Assembly (NCBI GenBank): GCA_003971905.1
Contig: RSEE01000029.1
Location: forward strand, 496,001-560,000
Length of the DNA stretch: 64,000 nt
DNA from: Moniliella sp. 'wahieum'
Taxonomy: Eukaryota
Reading direction: 5' to 3'
This document shows positions 13,252-27,857 of the stretch, piece by piece (positions within the stretch are counted from its first letter, which is position 1; each line of letters begins with the position of its first letter). The position numbers and the translations under genes are program-made. The notes beneath the pieces were generated by a model. It saw only the letters and a program-made list of their open reading frames with translations, was not told the DNA's origin and ran no database searches.

Positions 13252-14006
13252 GGCCAAGGCTGGCTGGCCCGTGGTTTGTGCCTCGCCTCTCGTGCCCCAC
13301 GGCACTCTCACGAAGCTGGTGGTACTATGTGCATTGCATGAGACTCGTGACTCGACTGGACATGGACAGCCCTCTGGCGCGGCCGCATTGGCGCGTGGGG
13401 AGGGAACGTGAGAGACACGGAGGGACGTGTGTGCGAAGGGCAGGGGGGACGGACGGGGTAGACCCTGGCGCTCTGCACAACATAGAGAGAGGGCGTGCGG
13501 GGGCAGAGGTGGAGCAGCGGCAGGCAGCGGATGGGAACGGAAGCAGGCGGCGTGCCTGGGCAGACAAAGACAGGGGGGCTGGCGGCGTAGCTGGTGGGAC
13601 GTGCGTCAAGAGCTAGCTTCGCTTCATGTGAGATCGAGAGAGGAGACTAGTAATAGTAATGATGGACCCCCAGGCGGCAGGACGCGATGCGCCATCGATA
13701 ATCGATAATCGATAACCATCGTCATCATCAATCAATGGGTTGGGGCGCGGCTGTCCATGCATGGGTTAAAGCATTAAGCACGTGCGATTCGATTCAAGTC
13801 CGTCGGCCTTCCCCCCGCACAGGGCCAGTCTCCGCGCCGTCAGCGGCTGATTTGGATTGCCAGCTAGACGTGTTGCATCCGCCAGGCCACCTCCTACTAC
13901 TTGTCGCTTCGCTTGCCGCTTGCCGCTTTGACCTTGCCGCTTTGACCTGAAAGCTTGACGCTTGCCCCCCCCCCCTCCCCTTGCCATCGCCACCGACCCG
14001 ATCAGC

Positions 14007-15585
<1,579 letters not shown>

Positions 15586-16086
15586 AGGTGTACTTCCTTA
15601 ATCGGCAGTAGATCATGCCACTCTTTGGAAGTGTCCCTTTGCCCGTGCGCTTCCACCCCATTTCCTGCCCCCGCCCCCCCGCCCCCCACATGTTTACCTC
15701 TGAACGCCTGAGCCCCTATGAGCCGCACGCTCTTGGGACTACGCCCAACCGTTCACCCGTACTCTCTTTGTGTATCCAACATTGCATCCTGTACTTTGCG
15801 CATGTATCACGTTCAACTACCATGTCGGCGCGTCCCGCGTGTATCCAACTACATGGACCCCTCCTCCCCCCCCTCCGCGCCGCCTTCGCCCAATCATCAT
15901 CACGATATCCCCATCCTACAACTAGGTAGTTAGCAACCCCACGAGTCGGCTCAAGCTATACATGTACAAAAATAGAACCATCCAATCTGTGGAGCCAGGC
16001 AAGCCAGCAACCCAAGGGCTGCCGCTTGCCACGCCACATGACAAGCCACGACGCGGCGCCAACCAACATCCGCCGGATCGAGGAGC

Positions 16087-16201
16087 ATCAGGATCAGGAT
16101 CAGGATCAGATCAGGATCAGGATCAGGATCAGATCAGATCAGGATCAGGATCAGGATCAGGATCAGGATCAGGATCAGGATCAGGATCAGGATCAGGATC
16201 A
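16087..16201. repeat. (GATCAG)n microsatellite overlapping the VPS24 3' end
   Basis: Directly visible. Confidence 0.9.
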
Positions 16202-17150
16202 CCGCGAATGAGACCTTCGAGGGCGGCTTTCATCCTCTCCATATCCTCTGGCTCCTCTGGCTCCTGCGCCAGTTCCGGGCCCTCGAGCGAGCCGAGCTCG
16301 GCAGTGGATTTAGCCTGGCCGAGCTTGCCATCGGTGATTTCGTACATGATCTTGTCCACCTCTTCGTCCGCCTCGGCTTCCAGCTCCTCCTCATCTTCCC
16401 CAGCGGACCACTTTCCAGTGTCGTCCATCATCTCCTCCAAAATACCAGCCTGAGAACGAACATCTAGCGCGTTAGTACACTGCATTGTCTTCCTGCTTTG
16501 GGGATCGGAACCAGGTCCAGATTGCAGATTGCAGAATGCAGATTGCAGGTTGCAGGTGCAGTGCGCAGTTCGCAGTTCGCAGTGTGCAGTTCTGTTCCGT
16601 CCTGGGTCCGGGCCTGTTGTGTACGACCTGTTTCTTCGCTGCTCTGGCGCGGGACGTACCTTCATCATCTCCTGGCTCATCAAGCGCATGGACTGTTGCA
16701 GCTGGGGCAAGCGGATGAGCTGGTTGGACAATTTCATCACCTCAGCCGACTTTTGCATGGCACCAGTGACTTTGAACATGGCCATTTGTTGTTGGAGCTG
16801 GAGCTGGATCGAGTTCATGCGTGCCTTACCTACGACCAGGCGTTGGCGGCGGTGGCGTGCCAAGGCAATTTCCTTGGCGAGCATGCGCGCATTCTTCACG
16901 TCGCCCTTTTTGGCGAGCCGCTTAGCTTCGGCCTTGGTCTTGGCGCTGGATTGGTCCAGGGAGCGGATTTCGCGGTCGAGCGCGCGTTGCTCCGAACGCA
17001 GTTGGGACTGCACGCCACGCACCCTCTCTGTAGCACGCGACGGGTTAGCTGGGGCTCGGGCGAGGGGGGGAGTACGCACCCTCTTGGGTAGGGCCAAAGA
17101 GGAAGCGCTGGACAGATTGCATGGCAGCAGCGCGATGCGATGGGGGGGGG
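16129..17150 (-). CDS. VPS24: ESCRT-III subunit Vps24/CHMP3 (Snf7 family)
   Basis: QLRSEQRALDREIR, AKKGDVKNARMLAKEI, KARMNSIQLQL, MSQEMMK|AGILEEM with an intron at ~16451-16659, EADEEVDKIMYEITDGKLG. First exon not resolved. Confidence 0.92.
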
Positions 17151-17573
17151 GGGGGCGGGGATGTGGGATGTGGCGGTGGCGGCGGCGGTGGGGTGGGTGG
17201 GTGGGGCTACGCCAGGCGGAGGCCAGTTGGTCGCTCTGCTGGTGGCTGCCGTCCACGTCCAAACGGTGACTATCGATTGGGCTGCAAGCTTGAATATTGA
17301 AGCTGCGTGTCGATAGCAGGGGCCACCTGTGGGTTACGAGGGTGGCGTGTCACAGCCTCATCACATCCCCAGTCCCGCCGCCGACTCACGCGCGGGCGGG
17401 TGTGACGTAATACTACGTCATGGGTGTGGCTGCGTCATGCCATTTTCATAACCTGCCGCCTCGAAGCTGCCTTTTAACTAACCCATCCACAGCTGCCCAT
17501 CGGCCCCCATCCGCCCCCATCGACCATCGCTGCCGGGCTGCTGCCACCACGCCCGCTGCCTGTGCTGCGCACG

Positions 17574-19535
17574 ATGCGCCTCTTCTTCAGGCCGGGCGCC
17601 GCCGCTGCCTGCCGCTGCCCCTGCTGCCGCCATCCGCCGCGGGCGCCTGCCCCCGCACTGCCCCGGCTCCCTCCGCACAGCCGCCGCCCCCGCCGCCGCC
17701 CCCGCCCCGCGCGCCCAAGCGGCACCGGGGCCTCCGTCTGCGATCGGCCTGGGCGTGGCGCTGGGCTTGGGGTGGCAAGCCGACCAAACGTGGAACGCAT
17801 GCACGCTCGAACGCACCATCCGCGTGCTGTACATGGGCCTGTGCTGGCTGCCGACTACAAGCTCAACTTTGATCCCGACTCGCTCCCGCGATCGAAGCGT
17901 TGCACGAGCGCAGTGCAGCGCATACTTGCCATGTGCGAGCGTAACGGGGGCTTGTACGTCAAGCTCGGTCAGGCCATTGGGAGCAACGCGGTCATCCTCC
18001 CGCCGCCGTACAAGCGCCTAGCCAAGCTGTTTGACGATGCGGAGAAAATGCCGTTTGAGACGGTGCGCAAGGTGGTGGGGCAAGAGCTAGGACGCGCATT
18101 GGAGAAGAAGTGTTTGTCGAATTTGATCGAGAACCCGTGGGTGCAGCATCGATTGCACAGGTCCACGTCGCTCGTCTGCACCCGTTGCCAGGACAGGACA
18201 AGGCCAAGTCGTCGCGGTCAAAGTGCAACGACCTGAGATTCGCAAACAAGCCAAGGCGGATCTGTGGTGCTTCCGTGTCCTGGTTCATCTGTACGAGCGA
18301 ATATTCGAACTGCCCCAGTCGCCGGCTGCGCAGTACATCAGTGACCAGATTGAAGTACGTTGGGTCCCTGTCTCCTCTTTCGTTTCACCCTTGGGGCTGG
18401 TGCATAGCCCAACTGCAACTGACCTCACTCACCTTGCCTCCTTTTTAGAAAGAGACGCGATTCGACCTCGAGGCTGCTAATGCCCGCTGGCTCGGCAGGG
18501 GGTCCAGAACAGTCCTACCCCCTTGTGCGCAACACGTGCTACGTGCCCGGGTATCCGATCAGTGGACCACGCCGCGCATGTTGGTCGAGGAGTACATTGG
18601 TGATTCGTGCAATCTGATCGATCGGGAGGCGATGGGTCGGATGGGTGTATCCAACAAAGCCGTCGCTCAAAGTGTGATGGAGGTCTTTGCGGACCAAATC
18701 TTCAGAGGGGTTTGTCCAAGCTGACGGCCATCCAGCCAACATTTTGGTCCGGCAACATCCGCACTGGCGACCACGCTGGTGGCACAGGTGGGGGCGGGGG
18801 TACGTGCCGCACCAAGTCGTGCTGATTGACCATGGGTTGTATGTCCGTCTCTCGCCGCAGTTCCGCAGGGAATACGCAGAACTTTGGCGCGCGATTTGGG
18901 AGGTGGACATTCCTGTCCTGGAGCGCATCACGACCGAGTGGGGCATGGACCCTTCCTCGGCCGATCTGTTTGCGTCGGTGACCCTGATGCGTCCCTGGAG
19001 CCGGGGGAAATCCAAAGAACCCGCCCGACCCAAGACGAGCGAACTGGAGCGCGCACGGGGGATGAAAGAGACGCTGAAATCGTTTCTGGTCAACGTGGAC
19101 CTGGTCCCAATGGAACTCATTTGTCAGTCGCGCCCTGCGCATCGTTCAAGCCAACAACCAAGCACTGGGATCGCCCGTTAACCGACTCAACTTCTGCCCG
19201 CCATGCGGCCGATGCGCTGATCCAAGAGCGCACAGCCACCCTCTGGCGCGTGCTGTTTGCCCACCTGGTTCAGAACGTCTTAGTGCCCGGTTGGCGAATG
19301 GGCACACAACCGCCAGGCGTACTTGACGTTCCATTCGTGCTGGTGCTGGGGGTGTGGCGTTCCAGGTGTCGCGAATAACGCACTGGTTCCGCTGGGTGTT
19401 TGCTCTGCCGCTCGCGTACATCGGCGCAGCGAACCCAGCCAAGCAGGGTGGATTTGAGGATGACTCGAGATCCAGATGCGGGAGCTGGCCCGCAGCGAGT
19501 TTGGGGTGGAGCTGGACGAAGACTCGTTTGTGTAA
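17574..19535 (+). CDS. ABC1/UbiB-family atypical kinase (ADCK1/Mcp2-like)
   Basis: NGGLYVKLGQ, FDREPVGAASIAQVH, VAVKVQRP, GFVQADGHPANILVR, VLIDHGLY; introns and indels. Confidence 0.9.
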
Positions 19536-20057
19536 GCGATGGCCATCGTCCCGCCGCGGTCTTTCGTCGTCCCGAACATCGCCGCCTCGACCCGGAGCGA
19601 TGCTGCTCCGGCTGTGCATGGCCATACCCATCCCGCCGCTCACCACCACCGCCTACATTGCCATCTGCGACTCTCTTTTGATCGCATCGCTTGCATTCCT
19701 GCGGCCAACATGTCATGTCATTGTCTGTGCCGTGTCCGCAGCACGCAGAAGCGACGGGTTTAAGTAGACGCGGCCGCCACCCCCGCCAACTGACAGCCCC
19801 CGTGCCACGTGCACGCAGCGCCATGCAGTGGGGTGTCTTATGTCAGCAGAGCGCGGGCCGCCCGTTCCCGCATTACCGGTTACCCACCGCTTCCGTTGGG
19901 CCAGCCCGCACGGGGCACCTGCCCAGTGTGCCGCGGCTGGGGCTCAGCCAGGCACCGCCCCCACCCCCATCCCCATCCCATCCACATCCACCCCGCGTCT
20001 TCTTCCTCTTCTTCCTCTTCTTCCTCTTCTCCCTTTCCCCCCTCACCCCCACCTCCC

Positions 20058-22105
20058 ATGGACGCCCCCCAAACGTTCGCCGTCCCCCCGTCGGCCCGCC
20101 CCCGAGCCCGCCGACACGGATCTGGCGGCGGAGATCAAGGCGCTCGTCAACAGCCCCACCGAAAAGTACCGCATTGCCTTCATCCACCCCGACCTCGGCA
20201 TTGGTGCGTGTCTTGTCTGCCTGTGTCTGCTGTGTCTGCTGTGTCCTGCCTCTTCTCGCCTGCGCGTGCTCACCACCCTCGTTTCCTTTCTCCAGGCGGC
20301 GCCGAGCGGCTCATGGTCGATGCTGCGCTCGGTCTCCAAAAGCTCGGGCACGAGGTGACCATGTACACCTCCTACCACGACCCCACCCACTTTTGAGCCC
20401 ACCCGCGACGGCACGCTGGACGTGCGCGTGGCCAAGACGTGGATTCCGCGCAGCTTTCTCGGAGCGTTTCATCTGCCACTTGCGTTGATGCAGTCGCTTT
20501 CGTTGGTGTTTCAATTGCTTGTGGCCCACTTGGCATTCAGCTACCCGGGCACGTTCCCCTTTCGCTTTGTATACGACCTGTATTCCAGTCTGTCGCCTGT
20601 CGAGGCGTACGAATGATCTTCATTGACCAGATCCCTGCTGGCATCCCCTTTCTCCGCCACCTGAGTGGCGCGAGAGGTGGTGTACTACTGTCACTTCCCC
20701 GACAAGGAGATTGGGAATAGCATTGCGCTGCAGCGCGCGCGGGACCGCGGACAGAGTGGTCCGAGTGTGCTGCGTAAGGTGTACCGCATCCCATTTGACT
20801 TTACGAGGAAATGACGACCGATTCAGCCGACAAGATTTTGGTCAACTCGGGCTTTACTCAACGTCAGTTCGTCACCAGCTTTTACCGGCTGCGTCGGCTG
20901 CCGCGCGTGCTGTACCCTGGGATTGACGTGAAGGCCTACACGGCTGCTGCGGTCGCTAAGGGCGTCGCATCTCTCTCTGTTACCAACGAGATGCAAAAGA
21001 GAATTGTCCGCCTTGCCACCACGACGGTGGGACGACCGAGTTTCCTTTCGATCAACCGGTTTGAAGCCAAGAAGAATGTGGCGTTGGCGGTGGATGCGTT
21101 TGCGATTCTGTACCGCAATGTGGAGGAGACGCAAGGCGAAAGTGAGGCACGCAAACTACGTCTGATCTTGGCTGGCGGGTACGACCATCGGGTGCAAGAC
21201 AATCTGTTGACGCTGGAGGAACTGCAAAAGCAATGCGACAAGCTGAAACTGAGCTTGTCACACTACGCTACTCGTACCAGCAAGGTGAAGTGACGCCCTT
21301 AATCGCCTTGCCCAACGACGACCAAGTGGACCATGCGCAAGTCATCTTCCTTCCCAGCTTGCCTGGACCGCTACTTCCCGCGCTCTTACGCCAGGGGGAC
21401 ATGAAAGCGCTTCTCTACACTCCGACCAACGAGCACTTTGGCATTGTGCCTGTCGAGGCTATGGCCGCTGGCCTGCCCGTCGTGGCGACCAACACGGGCG
21501 GACCAGTGGAAAGTATTGTAGATGCGACCGAGTACGTCAATTCCTTCATCGCCGCGTCGGACGACCCGTTTGAACGCATGAAAGCACTCTCGGCACGCAC
21601 GCACGTTGGTACAGGCTGCTACGCGCAGCCAACAAAGTGTTTGGGCCGCAGCGGCGCAGCAGCTACTTGACCTTCCGCCGGAACCTCGTAAGGCCATTGC
21701 TGCTGCCGGGAGCACGACGCGCTCATCTCATCTTCTCCGACGAGAGGATGACGCTTTCCCTCGACACGGTGATGCGCGAGTGCGCGGCCATGGGACGCGT
21801 ACGCGGAGATGAAGGCTTGATCCCCCTGGCAGCTACAGCATTGGTATGTCTAATCTATTCCCTCCCTTTCCCTTCCTTTCCTTTCCCTCCATTTTGTTCC
21901 GATGGGAACAGAGACGCTGACGAACACACTTCCATCACTACCATACCTACCATACCTACCACAACGATCACCACTTGACGGACTTGGGGTGCAAGTGGGT
22001 ACGATGGCCTACGCTGCCTTTTTCACCCTGGCCTTGAAGAATGGCCGGCTGGACTTTATCCCGTTTGCGCCCATGCTGCGGGAGCACTTTTTCCCTGAAG
22101 CGTAA
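20058..22105 (+). CDS. ALG2: Alpha-1,3/1,6-mannosyltransferase Alg2 (GT4)
   Basis: [59 protein letters not shown]. Confidence 0.95.
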
Positions 22106-22655
22106 CTTAGCCCGAGGCTGGCGGTGCGAACGAAATGAGTGGATAAGCTAGCTTCAAAAGGAGATGGGGGAGGGGGGGGGGGGGTTGGTGCGGAGGAGAG
22201 GAGCGGTAGAGGTAGAGGTAAAGATAAAGGTAAGGTAAAGGTAGGAGTTGAGGTAGAGGTAGTAGAAAAAAAAAAGGGGGCAACAGAGGGAAGCAAGGAA
22301 GGAAGGAAAGGAGGAAGGAAGGAAGGAGGAAGGGACCTCAAATCCGGCGCAGCCCAGCACGGCCACCGACCCACCAGGGAATTGGTCGCAAAGGGGTGGG
22401 TACGAAAGACGAGGGTGAGGTGCGGTGGTGGGGTAGGTATCGAGGCGATCCAAGCGGGAGAGATAGGCCGTTGCACAAGCCGGGAGGGGAGGGGACGGGG
22501 GTGGTGGTGATGGGGGGCACAACCCATGTCATCCCATCCCATGTCATCTCATCCCATCCCATCCCATCCCATCCCATGTCATGCCATCGCATCTCATGCA
22601 ATCGCCCCTCTGTTCCGCCCCGAGGGGCATTACAGGTTGGCATCTTCGATCGACT

Positions 22656-25600
22656 CTACCGGGTCGTAGCCGGGCAAGCGGTTCTTGTCCAAGGACGGGT
22701 CGGTGCCCGCGCTGGTAGTGGAGGAGATGAGAGGCATGAGTAGGTGCGCCGAGCGGGATGTCGGCTGGGTTCCAAAACGAGCCGGAGGAGGAGAGCCGAA
22801 GCCGAAGCGGAAGCTGAAGCTGAAGCCGTAGCTGAAGCTGAAGCCGAAACTGAACCTGAACCTGAAGCTGAAGCTGAACCTGAAGCTGAATGGCCCGGTT
22901 CGTCCGAGGAGAAAGAAGTGTCGGACCTGCGTCGGCTGCTGCGTGAACTAGCGCGTAAGGTCAAGCTAGTTCGTTTGGATTCCAATTGGACCAACGTTTG
23001 TTCGAGTTGGTGTTGGATGCGAGCGATTTGATCGGCGACGACGGCGGTACGTTTTTGGACTTCGGATTGGATGCGCTTCGTCCGTCGATGCATGGCCTTG
23101 CCCCGATCCCACATCTTCATCTAAAGTGCAAGACTCATTCTCGATACGCCAGCGTCGGCATGACCGTCGAAGGAACTACTTCCGATCGCGCCGCGTGCGG
23201 AGAGGGAGTCGGCAGACCGATGGCCTTGGCCTCGCGGTAGAGTTTCTTCCAGCCCGCCAAGGGAGGGGAAAGAAGTGTGTCCATGTTGGGACGAAGGGCC
23301 GAGGGAAGACGCTGGGGGTAGTACGTCCTGTGCGCCATCCATCAACGAGCGCATTTCCACCCATCTGTTCACGTTCAGAGCTGAGGGCGCGCATGGCTTC
23401 TTGCATCTGAGCGAGTTGGGCTTGAGCTTGTTCGCGTGCGGCCTCAGTTTCCTTCAACTGAGTTTGGAGGGCAAAAGTTGCCAGTCGCGCTGGGTGAGCG
23501 CACGAGAGAGACTAATGCTCTCCTTACGTTGTCGATCAAGCCGTGCACGTAACCCCGTAGCTTCTGGGTCAACGAGCGACCAAAGACTGAATTTCATCCA
23601 CGCGTTCCCGCCACGTTTCCGATTCAGTCAACAAAAATACCAGCCGCTTGTGCAGTCGTCCAATCCTACTCCAGCCGATCCCTCGTATCGACAAACTCAT
23701 CAATCCGCGTTCGCACCGTCACCTCTGCCTCGGTCGGCGCAGCAGGTAAGACCATCTTGTTCTTTTTGCGTGTCAAGCCAGCTTTTTCCAACACGCTACG
23801 CAACGTGCCTGATCGCGGTGCTTCACCCAACGCGCGGTCCAACGCACCAAACACCGCACACGCGTCCCACCACGTAGGCGGGGCAAGTGGGTCGGGACTG
23901 TCTTCCATTTTGCTTAGCGGACGGAACGCGCCCGAGGGAAAGGCGACAGTCAATTCTTTGCTGCGTTTGCCGGTTCCACGTTTTCATGCTTTCGGGGAAG
24001 ACGGCATAGAGATGGCGCATACGACGAGCACGCAGTGCGCCAGTGGAAGGCAGGTGCGCAGGGAATCGTTTGGCTTCAACACGGTTACGATCTAGATCGA
24101 CAATGCACACTTCGGGACCCAAGGTGAGCGAAGGCAAAATGTACGTTGCGACACCGATGAGCCAACTGCCTGGATCGGCACAGTGGAAGCGCGCGTCACG
24201 CGCATGACAGGTAAAGTGTACTGCGCCTTGCCAGCTGCGCAGCCCGACCAACGTCTCGGTCGTGACGACGGCCAAGCTGCCAAAGATTCGTACTGCGACG
24301 TGAGAGGACTTGCCGCCCGGGCTCAGGGCCACTTCGCACAGGGTCAAAATGTGGTCCAGGGCCAAGGTTTTAAACAGGGGCCAAATGGCAAAATCGCAAT
24401 TGGCTGCCAACTGGCGGGGAGCGCCTTGTTCGCCCCAACAGTTGGCAGGCGGCAGAGGAAAAGGCTGGTAGCTTGCAGTGCCATCTCACTCTCTGGACCG
24501 GGAAGCACAATGGGCCAACCGGAAGGCGGGGCGGGCTGCTCCAACAGACGCAGCATGAGCGTTGGTGCTTGTCCATCTGACGACTGTACAACAACCAGGC
24601 GAGCTTGTTGAGATCGCCAAGTAAGTTGAACAGCGGGTGGATGGAGAGGAGGCAGAGCGCATAGGGAATGTACAGTGGTGCACCATCGTCATTGCCAAGG
24701 GGGAGGAGGAAGTCTGCTTGGCCAGCTCGGTTCGAATGCTCTCTCTCCGCTGTGCATCAGCGGCCGACCAGACAGTCAAGACGACGCCATAAAAGCGCAC
24801 GGTCCGCTGGGCGGCAGTGAGGCTGCGCAACGCCTTGCCAGGCTGGCTTGGCGCTTCGATGGGTGCCTGGCAGTTGAAGAGGTGCAGACGAGCTTGAGGT
24901 TTGGGGCCAGCCATAACCTCGACTTCGCGGGTAGTAAAGACAACTTGAGTGCTTTGGCCATCAACTTGGACGTTAGCACCCGATCCGTGCCCCCGGCACC
25001 ATTGGGATCTCGATCAGCTTGGCCGCCTTGTCGGGCTCGGTGGCGGAGGTGTGGACAGAGGAGGCAGAGCACCCAAGTACTCGGGCCGCCAGAAGCGCGG
25101 GATGGCCGGGGGTGTGGCTCGTGCCCTGCACCGAGTCGGACTCGGTCATGGTCCACATCGAAGGAGGCCTTGGGTAGCTACAAGAATGGTGGTGCAACAG
25201 GCATGCCGGTCAGATCTCAGAAAGCGGAGGAGAGGATGGGAGGGGGGGGATGGGAGGGGGAGGCAGGCAGGACGTACACCAAAGATAAACGAGAGCTGGG
25301 CCAAGGTGCTGGGTTTGTGGGCGGTGGCCAGGACCTGGTTTTCGACGCGGATGCGCGCCTCGAGGCCGAGATGGGCGGGTGGGAGGGGGCGGAGGAGGGC
25401 AGGGGGCCCGAGTAGGGCGACAGGGGCTTGGCTGGGAACGCATTCACGCGGCCGAGAGGCGGAGGGGGAGGAGACGGGCACGGCCGAGGGTGGGTCGGCG
25501 GGGCGGGGGGGGGCGGGGTTGTGGGGCCGGGGATGGGGATGGGCGCTTGGATTTGGACGTGGATTTGGATTGGCAGGGGCAGGGGCGGGGGGGGCGGCGT

Positions 25601-25717
25601 GGGAGGGGCTTGTTGATGCGGGTGGAGGGGGGCTGGGCTGTGCCCTGTCGGGCTCGAGGGAGGGCACCGACGAGGCATGAGCGCCGACGACGACAAGAGC
25701 GACGGCGACGACGGCAT
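22656..25717 (-). CDS. DENN-domain protein (Rab GEF-like) with C-terminal coiled coil
   Basis: LSFIFG, FYGVVLTVWS, FAIWPLFKTLALDHILTLCEVALSP, PGSWLIGV, VCIVDLD; coiled coil and (SA)n tail; indels, ends approximate. Confidence 0.75.
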
Positions 25718-27857
25718 GGCCGGCCAGGCAGGCAGGCAGGCAGGGCGAGTGGGCTGCGGTGAATGAATATTCAATTGAATGCTGAGGCTGAAGGCAGCTT
25801 CTCGCAGGCGCAGCACCACCGCCACTCGCAGCGCCGATCAGCTGTCCATCTCAGTGGGTGACCGGTGACCTCTGCATGCACCTGCCCCCCTGCCGCCTGC
25901 CTCTGTCAGGCGCAAGCCACTGGCGCCCACTCCGCCCCACTGCTCCCACCGCCCCAGCTGTGCTCGCCTGCGCTGTGCCTGCGCCGCCTCCCCGTCCCTC
26001 AGCCATCAGCCACCCTGCATCAGACATCATCCATCATCCACCATCCACCGCACTCCTCTCGCATCCATCCTCCCGTCTCGCCCTGTGCGCCACGCGCGCT
26101 TAGTTAGCGCTACCTTGGGGCTCAGCCGCAGCCCCGCCGACCCCCCCCCCAGCGAGCGATCGACACCAAGCCAGAGCAGGCACAGGGGCGCTGTGCGTGG
26201 GTGCCAGGCACACCAGCGACACCGGCACACGTCCTGGAGCGAGCACCGAGCAACGAGCACCCTATCCCTATCGACCATCCTCTCCTCCCCCTGTTCAATT
26301 TCAAAATTCAACTTGCAAACGACGGTGGTAGTTCGCGCGTCTTCAACTTTCAAGAACGATTGAACGTTCAACACGTTGCACGCATCCCGATCCGCAGCGC
26401 TCTTCCACAACCCCATCCCACCCGCCCAAAGAAACAGAGGCGGCAAGCGAAAAGTCATACGGGCGAGAAACCGTTTACGTGTACCATTTTTCCCGCCGCA
26501 GCAAGCCAGGGTGGGCGGGAGATGCATACCCCTCCCGTGGTCCCAACCCCCCCGGCCATCAACCTCCCTGCAGAGATACAGCGAGAGATGATGTGCGTGT
26601 GCCCGCGGCCCCCCGTTCCGCCTCTGTTCCGCCCCACTGGACTCTGGTGGCGCCTCTCCAGGCAGCTTTCCCCTAATTGCATCCCACCACTTGTTGCCTG
26701 CCTTGCGCGCCCCCCACAGATTGGTGAGCGTTGATCCACCGGGTATCTGGTGTGTGGTTTGGTCAACGTCCTTCAACCCTCCTCAGGCCTGCGAGTTCCG
26801 GTTTCTCTTGATGCTGGTTTTCCTGGTCAAGCGTAGCCCCTGGTGGCGACTAGCTGCTTGATGTTCCTCTGAGGCATTGCTGGTTGGTTTAGATCGCCGC
26901 CACTACCGGTGCGATTGCATCATCCTCGCGGTCTCTGCAGAACTCCGTATCAGTCTCATCGACATCCGAGATCGAGTACTAGTCACTAGTCATAGAGAGT
27001 CTCAACTGAGGTCAGTCCTGAGGCTCAGGACCGAGGGGGTCTCCTGCGATATCTATAGTGCTCCTGCTGGACGTTCACATGATACGTACTGCGGATGCCC
27101 CCCACGTAACAGGTAACCCTTGCGCCATCGTCTTTGTCGGAGAAGAGGACAAACAAGAAGCTGGCCAGAAAAGGAAAGAAGCCGATTGCGGCCCGCTGCC
27201 GCGAGAAAAATATATAGATGGGGACGTGCGCCGCCGCACCCGCCCGCTGATCGAGGCTTCGCCCAGCGCAGAAGGTCAGCGTGCCTGGCCGCCGTCCGCC
27301 CCCACCCAGCCCGCCCACCCCTCCTTCGGCTGAAGTGGGGCGGGTGGGCAAAAGAGCGTATGCTGCCTTCATGACGTCCATGCCATAGGAATGGGTGCGA
27401 GCGTCGCCTAGCTGTGGCCCCACAGCCTCCCAAGCTCTCAAGCATCGCTTCCATCCTCTCTTCATTAGTACGTAGTATACTTAGTCGCGATCGCCTGCAT
27501 AATAATGCTTCAATTGCATCATACCCCCCTCCCCTCCACCGGAAGGCAGAAGCTTATGCCCCCATTCGCCACCGGCAGCCTCTCCAGCCCGCGTTCGCCG
27601 GTTGGCCTCTCCTCCGCTCCCCCACTGTACTGTACTCATTCCTGTTGTGGATGTAACATTGATGGGATGCGATGCGATGCGATGCATCGGCTACTGTGCT
27701 TGGCTCGGTGGGCTATAAAAGCCCATCCACCCTTCGTCCCGTCCCTACCCTGCTCCCTCACCCGCCTCCGTTTCCCACCCCTCACGCGCACCTCCTGTGT
27801 TACGACCCACCAGCCACCCCTCACACGCCCCGTACCAACTCGTATTGTCTACCCGCA

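Noticed and set aside
26027..26776. Minus-strand 249-aa ORF containing NKWWDAIRGKL
   Set aside because: Non-ATG start, no recognisable domain, and upstream frames are closed by stops
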